A DNA stretch of 64,000 nucleotides from Gemmatimonadaceae bacterium (GTDB lineage Bacteria > Gemmatimonadota > Gemmatimonadetes > Gemmatimonadales > Gemmatimonadaceae), in assembly GCA_045803545.1 (NCBI GenBank), contig JBJMOW010000004.1:832001-896000 (forward strand), read 5' to 3'. Shown piece by piece: positions 19,371 through 28,275 of the stretch. Within the stretch, counting starts at the first letter, position 1; every line of letters begins with the position of its first letter. The position numbers and the translations under genes were made by a program. The notes under the pieces were generated by a model. That model was not told the origin of the DNA. It saw only the letters and a program-made list of their open reading frames with translations, and ran no database searches.

Positions 19371-20132
19371 TTACGCTTCTGAAGCTGCCGCGGCCGACAT
19401 CCCAACTCTCGCGATGAAGATCTCGTCGAGGGAAGGGACGTGCCCGTTCACGCGGTGCGCCTCACGAATCTCATCGAGCGGCGCGCTCAGCACGATCCGG
19501 CCCTTGTTGATCATCGTCACGTAATCGGCGACCTGCTCCACCTCTTCCAACAGGTGCGAAGAAAAGAGAACCGTCCGACCCTCATCGGCAACAGTGCGGA
19601 TGATCGCGCCTAGTATGTCGCGTCGCACGATTGGGTCGAGGCCCGAAGAGGGCTCGTCCAGCACCAGCAGGTCCGGCCGATAGGCGAGTGCGATGAGGAT
19701 GCCAACGCGTGCCTTCTGTCCCTTCGATAGGGTCCTGATTTTCGCCGCCGGATCGAGCGCGAACGATTCCCGCAGCTCCTGGGCGTAGCCGTCATCCCAG
19801 GATGGGCGGAACGCGCGCGAATATCGAACCAGCTCGTCGACTCGCATCCAGCCGGGCAAATCGTTTTCCTCGGACAGATAGCCGATCCGCGACAGGACGC
19901 CGACGGGATCGGCGACCGGATCGAGTCCGAAGACGCGCACCGATCCGCTCTGCGCGCGCAGCAGGCCGAGTACGTGTTTGATGAGTGTGGTCTTGCCGGC
20001 CCCATTGGCGCCGACCAGTCCGTACACCGCGCCGCGCGGAATAGACAGCGTCACCGCGTCGAGCGCGGTTTTGGTATCAAAGCGCCGTGAGAGCTGGTTG
20101 ACGGCGATGACTGGTGCGGTCGCTTCCATCAT
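19371..20132 (-). CDS. ABC transporter ATP-binding protein
   Basis: GANGAGKT, LSKGQ, LVLDEP, SSH. Confidence 0.95.
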   Translation of the reverse strand: MMEATAPVIAVNQLSRRFDTKTALDAVTLSIPRGAVYGLVGANGAGKTTLIKHVLGLLRAQSGSVRVFGLDPVADPVGVLSRIGYLSEENDLPGWMRVDELVRYSRAFRPSWDDGYAQELRESFALDPAAKIRTLSKGQKARVGILIALAYRPDLLVLDEPSSGLDPIVRRDILGAIIRTVADEGRTVLFSSHLLEEVEQVADYVTMINKGRIVLSAPLDEIREAHRVNGHVPSLDEIFIARVGMSAAAASEA

Positions 20133-20212
20133 TGCATCGAATGGTCGGGGTCACCATTCAGACGCATGAAGTGGGGGTAGATAACCCGCATCCACTGGCT
20201 GCAGGGTTTGGC

Positions 20213-20256
20213 GATATGTCGTTTTTCTATCACTGACATGTCGATTTCATATCACT
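20213..20256. repeat. Tandem 22-bp direct repeat (18/22 identical) in a divergent promoter region
   Basis: GATATGTCGTTTTTCTATCACT followed immediately by GACATGTCGATTTCATATCACT. Confidence 0.65.
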
Positions 20257-20359
20257 TAACGCGACATCTATGACCTGATAGTCAGGAGCATCACACGCGG
20301 GTTGCGCCAACCTCTGTTGCCCGTCCTAGAGGAGAGTAATCTCCCGTTCATCTTCTGAG

Positions 20360-21262
20360 GTGCCGATGCGGTTCGGCGCAATTTCACTTCTACTGCTCAA
20401 CGCCATGTCGCCGGCGATTCTCGTTTGCGGCGCGCAGGCATCAGATCACGCGGGACGGATCCCGTGGCAAGGTCCAGGCAGCACCGGACGAATCAGCTCG
20501 GTTGCGCAAATAACCGTCCCCGACGGCTGCAGGTTCACTGGACGCGCCGGCGTGCCGGCATTTCTCGAGGCGACCCAGAATCTTCCTGATGAATCTGTTG
20601 CAGCGGTGCTACTGTGTCGGACAGCCGATACCGCGTCGACGTGGTTTGTCTTGTACAAATACGATCCCAGCGGTCTCGTGCGCGATACCGACAAGAACAC
20701 GCTCGACGCCGCCAAGATCCTCGCCACGATCAAAGACGCTACCGAAAGATCAAACGATGAACGCGAGCGCCGCGGGTGGGAGAAGATGTACGTCACGGAC
20801 TGGATCACACCCCCATTCTACGACGAGAAAACCCACAACCTCACCTGGGCTCTCGAAGGTCTCTCATCGAGCGGGGAATCAAGCGCCAATCGATCGGTGC
20901 GACTCCTCGGCCGTGGTGGCGTTGTCAGCGCGGAGCTCGTCGCAGATGTAGACCGGCTCGCCGAGATCGTGCCTGCGTTCGATAAGAGTATAGACGGGAC
21001 GCAGTTCATTCCTGGCCAGACCTACGGCGAGTGGCGTCAAGGTGACAAAATCGCGAGCTACGGTCTTGTCGCGCTCATCGCAGGTGGTGCCGGCGTCGCT
21101 GCGACCAAGGCTGGACTCTTTGCGAAATTGGGCAAGCTGTTCATCGCTGTGGTACTCGCAATCAAGAAGTTGATCGTCGCCGCCGTGCTGGCAATCGCTG
21201 CTTTCTTCAAACGAATCTTCGGAAAGAAGAAAAAGTCGACAACGCCTGAGACAGCCGGATAA
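20360..21262 (+). CDS. DUF2167-family membrane-anchored protein
   Basis: 'SGLVRD', 'N.ER.RRGW', 'W..PPFYD..THNL.WA', 'RLLGRGGV', 'GDKIASYGL.ALIAGGA'. Confidence 0.9.
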   Translation: MPMRFGAISLLLLNAMSPAILVCGAQASDHAGRIPWQGPGSTGRISSVAQITVPDGCRFTGRAGVPAFLEATQNLPDESVAAVLLCRTADTASTWFVLYKYDPSGLVRDTDKNTLDAAKILATIKDATERSNDERERRGWEKMYVTDWITPPFYDEKTHNLTWALEGLSSSGESSANRSVRLLGRGGVVSAELVADVDRLAEIVPAFDKSIDGTQFIPGQTYGEWRQGDKIASYGLVALIAGGAGVAATKAGLFAKLGKLFIAVVLAIKKLIVAAVLAIAAFFKRIFGKKKKSTTPETAG

Positions 21263-22084
21263 GTGAGCTGGCAGGTCGCAGCGATCCTCTTCGCCATTTT
21301 GGCCTTCGAAGGGGTTCGACGTCTGGACAGCGAAGACGTAATCCTCCGCTGCGATCCCCTCGGTACGTGGCGGGTTGCGGTACCATTGCAGCTATGGCGT
21401 CAGTGGTATCTCGTCTCGGCGCTACCACCGTTCTTTCTGACGGTTGTCGTTCGACATGAGTCCGGTAGCAAATCGCTCCGCGATGACCGAGGTCACATCC
21501 GATCGTTAGTCCGCGCCCCAGAGCCAATTCTCTCACTTCGTCTGCTGTGCGCGCTCGACTTCCTGGTGGTCGTGATCGGTATTCCGTGGGGAATTTCGCG
21601 TTACGGATCTGCCGGCCTGCTCGCGTTTATCGCGTTAGCGCTGGCGCTAAGCGCGGTAATAATGATACGCTCGGCTGCTGTCCGACTGTCTGAGGGGCAT
21701 TCACGCTGGGCGGCGTTTCGCAGCTCGACACCTTTCCTGTCGCCATTTGCATCTCCGTTCGCCGCTGAAGCTGCGCTCTCATCGCTGCTGCGAAACCATT
21801 CACCTGTCGCGGTGATTTCAACCTTGCTTGGGCAAGCAGAGTTCGCCGCATTGATGCGCCCCGCTGCATACGATGTGGAATCACGACAGGCCGAGACCGG
21901 TGGCTCGTTGCTCGGGGAGCTCGCACGGGCGCTGCCGAGGAACGAGCGTATGACGATTCTGGAATCTGCTGCGAATGGCTGCACTGAATTCGAGCGATTC
22001 TGTCCCCGCTGCGCAGAACGCTATTCGCTGGATTCAACCGCGTGCGCCGATTGCGACGGCGTCCAGCTTCGTGCGACCCGATAG
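21263..22084 (+). CDS. Hypothetical membrane protein with C-terminal zinc ribbon
   Basis: About 4 TM segments; ends FCPRC...CADC; GTG abuts the upstream TAA. Confidence 0.7.
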   Translation: MSWQVAAILFAILAFEGVRRLDSEDVILRCDPLGTWRVAVPLQLWRQWYLVSALPPFFLTVVVRHESGSKSLRDDRGHIRSLVRAPEPILSLRLLCALDFLVVVIGIPWGISRYGSAGLLAFIALALALSAVIMIRSAAVRLSEGHSRWAAFRSSTPFLSPFASPFAAEAALSSLLRNHSPVAVISTLLGQAEFAALMRPAAYDVESRQAETGGSLLGELARALPRNERMTILESAANGCTEFERFCPRCAERYSLDSTACADCDGVQLRATR

Positions 22085-22102
22085 TGCGGCTAATTAGGCC
22101 CG

Positions 22103-22258
22103 TCAGGTTCCGCTGGACCGACTCCGTAAGCGGTATAAGCTGATAGCGATCCCGACGATGACGAACACCGCTGCCATCGTGACATCCCCGCGCATGGCTG
22201 CGCGATAGGCGAGAAAAATCCAGAAGAGCAGGAGGAGAAGAACCATTGGCTTGCCCAT
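22103..22258 (-). CDS. Small 51-aa two-TM membrane protein (not in ORF track)
   Basis: Hand translation MGKPMVLLLLLFWIFLAYRAAMRGDVTMAAVFVIVGIAISLYRLRSRSSGT; GAGGA RBS upstream. Confidence 0.65.
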   Translation of the reverse strand: MGKPMVLLLLLFWIFLAYRAAMRGDVTMAAVFVIVGIAISLYRLRSRSSGT

Positions 22259-22330
22259 CGATCGATCCTCGGAGGGTGAGTGTTGTTGAGACTCATCCCC
22301 TTCGTGGGCCGTAACACTGCTTGCGCCTCT

Positions 22331-23608
22331 TCACGATGAAGAGGCGCGCGCTCCCTTCCAGATCACCGCCGCGTCGTAGCCGTGAATCGTGCGGACGACG
22401 TCCGGGTTCCAGCTGTCGACCCCACGCATGGCAAGTGGTCGCAACGCGCGAAGGTCGATGACTTCATGGTCGGTCGCGCTTGAGTTTGCCAGCACCCGCG
22501 CGAGCCGCTGATCTCCGGCTTTGAATTCGTCGAAGTCGTCACTCGCAACCGAGTTGAAGCTCCGCCCGGGGCCGAGCACAGCTTGATGAGAACCTGGGCC
22601 AGGCAGCACAATGATATGGAATGCCCGACCGCCACTCAGCGCGGCGACTTCGTCCGGCATTGAGCCGAGGTCGAAGATGTTGACGTAATTCTCGCCGCGA
22701 ATCATGTGGTTGTAGCCGAACTTCATCATCACCTTCGGCTGGTTCCCGCGTTTCTGCTCTTCCCGCAGTCGCTCGGCGAAACCACTCCGCATCCATTGCG
22801 CTCGGCGCTGCGATGAATCCCACGCAGTTCCGGTTTGTGCAACCGCATTGATGGCCAGTGATTCCTCGAGGGTGCGCAGTATCAGGTTACTGTCACGGTC
22901 TGGGTTGGGCCAGGCTGAGCGAACTGACGATACGACGGCGGGGTCAGGATTCTGCGAAAAGATGAAAGGCGCACCTCCCGCCCACGCGTTCGTTGACGCC
23001 TGCTTCAGCCGCGCAAAAGACGCCTTTGCAGGTGGCGGCACTCTGGACTCGAGTCTCGAGATCAGGTAGCGATCGCTTAGGATCTCCCGATCGAGTCCCC
23101 ACAGAACCCGCTCATTCTTTGGTGCGGTGCTGACCACGGACGCGATGAACTGCGCTTCCTCACGCAGATACATCGGGCTCCAGGTAGTAGGCGCGGAATA
23201 AAAATCCAGAATCCCCTGAAGCCCATGGCCTCTCGCCGCAACCTCAATGTCCTGGGCGATGATTGGCGAAAGCTCGATCGCCATGCGGCTGTAACCAGAT
23301 GCGCGAAGAGCGTTGAACAGGGCCGCTGAGAGCTGCGCGGTTTCCGCGACTCCGTGTTCCTCGCCGATCAGTGTGAACTGCGCATCCCGCGCTCGCTCGA
23401 CCAGCCAGTCCCATCCCCGTCCCGCGGGACCGTTGCTCATTGTGAGGGGAAGTCGGTTGTGTTGAAGCGCTTCGAGAAGGCGTGCTTGCGGACTAGTCTG
23501 GGGCTGCGCAGACGAAGGCGGTGCGCTCTGGCTGCGACCTCGCTTGCCCGTAAGCAGGAACAATCCGCTAGCGAGGAGCAGGTCGCGTCTATTTATCCCC
23601 ATATCCAT
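22331..23608 (-). CDS. Tat-exported EreA/ChaN-like (erythromycin-esterase superfamily) protein
   Basis: NRRDLL Tat motif; 'LIGEEHG', 'AIELSP', 'WGLDRE', 'KFGYNH'. Confidence 0.65.
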   Translation of the reverse strand: MDMGINRRDLLLASGLFLLTGKRGRSQSAPPSSAQPQTSPQARLLEALQHNRLPLTMSNGPAGRGWDWLVERARDAQFTLIGEEHGVAETAQLSAALFNALRASGYSRMAIELSPIIAQDIEVAARGHGLQGILDFYSAPTTWSPMYLREEAQFIASVVSTAPKNERVLWGLDREILSDRYLISRLESRVPPPAKASFARLKQASTNAWAGGAPFIFSQNPDPAVVSSVRSAWPNPDRDSNLILRTLEESLAINAVAQTGTAWDSSQRRAQWMRSGFAERLREEQKRGNQPKVMMKFGYNHMIRGENYVNIFDLGSMPDEVAALSGGRAFHIIVLPGPGSHQAVLGPGRSFNSVASDDFDEFKAGDQRLARVLANSSATDHEVIDLRALRPLAMRGVDSWNPDVVRTIHGYDAAVIWKGARASSS

Positions 23609-23697
23609 CCCGGTCAGTCACCGCTGACTGGGACAGATGAACGGGGCTATTGGTTTGAAGCTGTCAGCATACTCGAAACCTGCTGGTCGACTTTCGA

Positions 23698-24516
23698 TCA
23701 GTAGTACGAGTACGTCGCGTCCACGGCAAAGCTTTGACCCGCGTTCGGCCCCGTCTGGAAAATCAGGGTTCCGTCCCTCGTCAGCGGTCGGGTCTGATCG
23801 TTGTAGGTGTACGAAAAGTCGACGGTGTAGTGGTCGCCGTCGCCCAGGTGAACCACCCGAGCTGGATTACCTTTTTGTAGTTTCACGCCGGGTAGCAGAA
23901 TGAGCTTGTCGAAGAATCCGGGATGCAACAGGTCAAAGTCGTCGACGTTGACTTTGTTGTCGTAGTTCTCGAATACATCGACCACGGTTACCTCACTCTG
24001 CAGCCCATCGATCGGCGGATAGTGCTGCCCCATTTCCAGCAGATTGCCATCCGCGTAGTACTCGAAGCTCATGGTGAGGTCGATGATAAATCCGCCGGGC
24101 ACTGCACGATCGCGCTCGATCGAGGTGAGCTGTTGTCCGTCGTAGGTAAAGAACCAGAGCTGCGCGTTGGCGCCTGTCTCATCCCGGTCGCGGATCGCGG
24201 CCACACGACCCAGGTCATCGTAGGTATAGATCAAGTTGTGCACGGTGCCGGCGGCGACGTCGATGTCATGAATCCGGCCAGTCTGGTAATTCAGAGAGTA
24301 CGTCGCTAATCCCGAGGCGAAGGTTGCAGTCCTGATCTTCCCCGCGTCGTCGTACTCGAAGTGGTAGTAGGGCGAAGGTAGTCGCGTGTAGACGACGTCC
24401 TTGAGCAGTACGCCCGTCGGCGGGGGCGGAGGCGGCGGGGCCGAAATGTGGTCGCTGCTGCACGCAGCGAGCGTGACGGCGACGATTGCGGAGAGGATCG
24501 GTAATCGTATTTGCAT
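23698..24516 (-). CDS. Hypothetical lipoprotein with beta-hairpin (YD-like) repeats
   Basis: Lipobox LAAC, poly-Pro linker, 'FEYDDAGK', 'YTYDDLGR', 'FEYYADGN'. Confidence 0.7.
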   Translation of the reverse strand: MQIRLPILSAIVAVTLAACSSDHISAPPPPPPPTGVLLKDVVYTRLPSPYYHFEYDDAGKIRTATFASGLATYSLNYQTGRIHDIDVAAGTVHNLIYTYDDLGRVAAIRDRDETGANAQLWFFTYDGQQLTSIERDRAVPGGFIIDLTMSFEYYADGNLLEMGQHYPPIDGLQSEVTVVDVFENYDNKVNVDDFDLLHPGFFDKLILLPGVKLQKGNPARVVHLGDGDHYTVDFSYTYNDQTRPLTRDGTLIFQTGPNAGQSFAVDATYSYY

Positions 24517-24743
24517 GGCTGGAATTTCGCGGCAATCGAACCCCAATTCTAGAACGAAGCTGCCGCGACTTTTTGAAGGTTTCTGCGGTCCGAGCGCTGA
24601 GAGGCCGGGTTGCACAATTACTTACGCGACAAAATCGATCGCACCGATTAACTGCCGCTCAGCCAGGAATTAGCTGACGGTCGAACCCGTCTGCCGGCGT
24701 GGTGCGGGGTGTGCGTGGGAGCTGGAGAGACTTGGGAGCCCAA

Positions 24744-25763
24744 ATGAAAGCGACCGTTCTATATGGCCCGCGCGATGTGCGTTTCGAACAGCGCCCGGAT
24801 CCGACTATCGAAAAGCCGACCGACGCGATCATCAGGATCGCGGCAGCATGCGTTTGCGGATCTGACCTCTGGCCATATCGAGGTATCAGCCCAATCAAGC
24901 AACCGACGCCAATGGGTCACGAATACTGTGGCATCGTCGAAGAAGTCGGCAGCGCCGTGAAATCCGTGAAGCGCGGTCAGTTTGTCATAGGATCATTTGC
25001 GTTTTCCGATAACACGTGCCCCAACTGCAAGTACGGTTACCAATCAGGGTGCATGAATGGCGGATTCGTCGGCGGAGCACAGGCGCCGTTGCTGCGTCTC
25101 GAGCAAGCGAATGGAACGCTGGTCGCGACGCCGGAGACTCCGTCGCCTGATTTGCTCCCGAGTCTACTGACAATCTCCGATGTCCTGGGCACTGGCTGGT
25201 TCGCCGCCGACGCAGCAAACGTGAAGCCAGGATCGACCGTCGCCGTCGTCGGCGACGGCGCGGTCGGATTGCTCGGCGTTCTCTCCGCGAAGCAGATGGG
25301 CGCCGAGCGAATTATTGCGATGAGTCGACACGATGCGCGACAGAAACTTGCGCGTGAGTTTGGTGCGACGGATATCGTGACTGAGCGTGGTGATGAAGGT
25401 GTCGAGCGCATCATGGAGCTCACCAAAGGTGTCGGCGCGGACTCGGTGCTCGAGTGTGTCGGGACCCAGGAGTCGATGATGCAGGCGATCCATGCGACGC
25501 GGGTCGGCGGATATATGGGCTACGTTGGCGTTCCGCATGGCGTGACGCTCAAGGGCGAAGAGTTATTCCGCCAGCACGTCCACCTGATGGGCGGACCAGC
25601 ACCCGTGCGTCGCTACCTGCCGGATCTCATCGATCTGGTCTGGAAGGGAAAGATCAATCCGGGCAAAGTCTTCGACCTCACGCTTCCGCTCCCCAAGGTG
25701 GCCGAAGGTTATCGCGCGATGGACGAACGACGCGCGATCAAAGCGCTGCTGCTGCCGGACTGA
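24744..25763 (+). CDS. Zinc-dependent alcohol dehydrogenase (MDR family)
   Basis: CGSD, GHE, C..C..G..SGC, GDGAVG. Confidence 0.95.
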   Translation: MKATVLYGPRDVRFEQRPDPTIEKPTDAIIRIAAACVCGSDLWPYRGISPIKQPTPMGHEYCGIVEEVGSAVKSVKRGQFVIGSFAFSDNTCPNCKYGYQSGCMNGGFVGGAQAPLLRLEQANGTLVATPETPSPDLLPSLLTISDVLGTGWFAADAANVKPGSTVAVVGDGAVGLLGVLSAKQMGAERIIAMSRHDARQKLAREFGATDIVTERGDEGVERIMELTKGVGADSVLECVGTQESMMQAIHATRVGGYMGYVGVPHGVTLKGEELFRQHVHLMGGPAPVRRYLPDLIDLVWKGKINPGKVFDLTLPLPKVAEGYRAMDERRAIKALLLPD

Positions 25764-25799
25764 GCATCGGCTTGCTGTTTCATTGAGGTCGTCGCAACT

Positions 25800-26054
25800 G
25801 TGCTCAAATTCCTTTCGACGTGGTCTACTCGTCGCGTGATCGTGGCGTGCGCGATGTGGTTGCTCGGCGCGCCCATTCTCGCGGCAATCGGATTGATTGT
25901 GGCGGGATTATTGGCAGCGGCGTTGTCTGGCGATACCAAGATTGCTTTCACAGCGCGCCTCGACAACTGGTCGCTCGCCTGGTTCTACGTGCCGCCGCTG
26001 ATCCTTGTCGCTGCGTGGTTGTGGTCCAGGCGACAGGAATCTGCTCGACCTTGA
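25800..26054 (+). CDS. Small hypothetical membrane protein
   Basis: 84 aa with hydrophobic helices; GAGG RBS before the GTG. Confidence 0.55.
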   Translation: MLKFLSTWSTRRVIVACAMWLLGAPILAAIGLIVAGLLAAALSGDTKIAFTARLDNWSLAWFYVPPLILVAAWLWSRRQESARP

Positions 26055-26180
26055 CTCAGTTCGATCGCACTGCTACGCGCGGCTGAGCAGCACGCATCAC
26101 ATTCCTCGGTTCAGCTTGCCTGTCGACGCGTATCGGGTCAGTTTGCGATTGCCGCACACTAAAACAGGAGCAACTCAACA

Positions 26181-26693
26181 ATGGCAATCTTTAAGGAACA
26201 GACCGTCCAGCGCAAAGATGCAGCGCCGCTGACTCCGGAGACTTTCCCGAAAAAGGATACAGATTCGTTTACGACTCCGCTGCCGAGTTACGAGCCGGTA
26301 GTAAGACCTCGGTCGAAGGAAGCGAAAGAGTCGGTGATCGCTGCCGGTCTCACCATCGACGGCAAGATCGAAGGTGCGGGCCACGTTCGCATCGCGGGAC
26401 GTTTCAAGGGCGACGTCAACGTCGATGGCGATCTAACGATTGACTCCGGTGCGAAAATCACTGGATCAGTGCGTGCCGACACCGTTACGATCGGTGGTGA
26501 GCTCGAAGGCAACATCGATTCCGCATCACGCGTCGAGTTGCTCGCGACCGGTGTGCTCACTGGAGATCTCAAGGCTGGTTCACTCACCGTCGCCAGCGGA
26601 TCTCGCATGCGCGGCAACGTTTCCTTCGGCTGGGATGAAGGCAATGGGACTCATCCGCGTGGTAGAGCAGCGGAGAGCAACGGCGTATCGTGA
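26181..26693 (+). CDS. Bactofilin (polymer-forming cytoskeletal protein, CcmA family)
   Basis: 'SVIAAGLTIDGKIEGAGHVRIAGRFKGDV...' beta-helix repeats; AGGAG RBS. Confidence 0.93.
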   Translation: MAIFKEQTVQRKDAAPLTPETFPKKDTDSFTTPLPSYEPVVRPRSKEAKESVIAAGLTIDGKIEGAGHVRIAGRFKGDVNVDGDLTIDSGAKITGSVRADTVTIGGELEGNIDSASRVELLATGVLTGDLKAGSLTVASGSRMRGNVSFGWDEGNGTHPRGRAAESNGVS

Positions 26694-27070
26694 TCAATAC
26701 GAGCGTAGGCTCGCCGGGTAAGGCGCGCCTCTGCCCTCACTGCAAAGCGACCATCCTGCAGAGCGCGACGATCTGTCCCGCCTGCGATCACAGTCTGAGA
26801 TTCGACTCACAGCGGAAACGGAGAGCGGCGCCGAGCTTCTCTCCGCTCCGCGTGGAAGGCACGATCAAGCATCCGGTCGCGGGCGAGGCGTGGGAGTATT
26901 CGATAGTCATCACGATACTCGACGCGCAGCAGCGCGAAATCACCCGACAGGTCGTGAGCGTCGGCGTGCTGAACCCAAACGAGCAGCGGACGTTCAGACT
27001 TGGCGTGGATGTTTTTACGCCGTCGAGCGAGGAAGCGTCGAAAGAGACCTCGGGCGCGACTGCGGACTAA
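26690..27070 (+). CDS. Hypothetical protein with N-terminal zinc ribbon and beta-rich C-domain
   Basis: CPHC...CPAC; GTGA overlap with the bactofilin stop. Confidence 0.75.
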   Translation: MINTSVGSPGKARLCPHCKATILQSATICPACDHSLRFDSQRKRRAAPSFSPLRVEGTIKHPVAGEAWEYSIVITILDAQQREITRQVVSVGVLNPNEQRTFRLGVDVFTPSSEEASKETSGATAD

Positions 27071-27095
27071 AGCGCCCGGGTCGACCTCTTGGTCT

Positions 27096-27464
27096 TCATT
27101 TCCAGAAGAACCCGACGATCCCACCGACAACGAAGCCTGCAGCGAGACCGAGCTCGAGCAGAGGAAGTATGACCAGCCCATCTTCCGAGTGATCGAAGTA
27201 ACCGCTCTTTGGACGGTGGGTGATCAGGAACGCAGCCGCCAGGCCGACAACAACGCCGATGCCGGCGCCGATGAACGCACCCCGCACGACGTGGCGCCCG
27301 CCCGTGCTGTCACGCGCAGCGGTGTCAGTCGACAGCGGTTGAATGGGCTGCGAAGCTGCGTTGGCGCTAACGCCCACTCGCGCCGAGGACGATCTCTGCG
27401 CTTCAGCGATCTGCGCAATCGACAAACTCAGTAACGCGAACATGGCCGTATGAGCTCGATTCAC
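27096..27464 (-). CDS. Exported/membrane protein with glycine-zipper helices
   Basis: Signal peptide, then GAFIGAGIGVVVG and GLAAGFVVGGIVG. Confidence 0.65.
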   Translation of the reverse strand: MNRAHTAMFALLSLSIAQIAEAQRSSSARVGVSANAASQPIQPLSTDTAARDSTGGRHVVRGAFIGAGIGVVVGLAAAFLITHRPKSGYFDHSEDGLVILPLLELGLAAGFVVGGIVGFFWK

Positions 27465-27577
27465 ATCACTACTATAGATATGCGCATCGCTTCTCCGCCA
27501 GTCGCCGTTTCTCAGTTAACCTTGTAGGTCGCTGTACCGGCGGGTACGTTGCGATTGCGCCCTTAGCGTGCGCAATT

Positions 27578-28228
27578 ATGCCTCCCTTCCCGGTTAAACC
27601 AGCGGCATCACCAGCTCGCGGATTCGACATCGTCGTAATCGCTGCGTCCGCCGGCGGGCCAAGAACTTTGCGCGACATCTTTCAACTGTTGCCGGCCAAT
27701 TTTCCGGCGCCGGTGGTGGTGGTGCAGCATTTAGCCGCTAGTCCCCCGAGCTCGCTGGTCGAGTTTCTCGGACGTGATTGCGCTCTGCCGGTTCAATGGG
27801 TCGATCGCCCAGAGCAGTTGCAGGGCGGTTGCGTCTACCTCGCGCCGCCCGACCGCCATCTCGCCATTCGGGCCGGCAATATCTGCGAAACTTATAGCGG
27901 TCCACGAGTGAATTTCGCGATCCCGGCGGCCGATCCGCTGTTCACCTCCGCAGCGACCGAATTCGGATCGAGGACACTCGGAGTGGTGCTGACCGGCAGG
28001 CTCCGTGACGCCGCGGCCGGAGCACGCGCTATCCGCGATGCGGGCGGAGTCGTTGTCGTCCAGGAGCCCACAACATGTGTCGCTGACGGAATGCCGACGG
28101 CTACGATCGAGCAGGGAAGCGCGTGCTTCATTCTTTCACCGCGTGGAATAGCGAGCGCGATCATCACGCTCGTGATGGTCGCCCGGTCGCCCGGCATCTT
28201 TGGCATGGCCGCCGCCCGCCAAAACTGA
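27578..28228 (+). CDS. cheB: Stand-alone CheB-type methylesterase (no receiver domain)
   Basis: AASAGG (Ser), VVQH (His), LTG...DAAAG (Asp), MP. Confidence 0.9.
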   Translation: MPPFPVKPAASPARGFDIVVIAASAGGPRTLRDIFQLLPANFPAPVVVVQHLAASPPSSLVEFLGRDCALPVQWVDRPEQLQGGCVYLAPPDRHLAIRAGNICETYSGPRVNFAIPAADPLFTSAATEFGSRTLGVVLTGRLRDAAAGARAIRDAGGVVVVQEPTTCVADGMPTATIEQGSACFILSPRGIASAIITLVMVARSPGIFGMAAARQN

Positions 28229-28275
28229 AAAACTCAGTCAGACGTTTGAGACTAGTAACCGACCACCAACCTCTG

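Noticed and set aside
22331..23608. Calling this a macrolide-resistance gene (and 33937-34803 a beta-lactamase)
   Set aside because: Only superfamily-level motifs are visible, so substrate cannot be inferred.
23698..24516. RHS/YD toxin interpretation
   Set aside because: Only a few YD-like hairpins in a roughly 270-aa lipoprotein; no RHS core (PxxxxDPxG), toxin tip or immunity gene.
24660..24700. Minus-strand CCGTCAGCTAATTCC resembling the 3' end of a c-di-AMP (ydaO) riboswitch
   Set aside because: The required upstream elements (GCTGAA, GGAACCGGGG, GGGGTGAAT) are absent, and that region is antisense to the ADH start.
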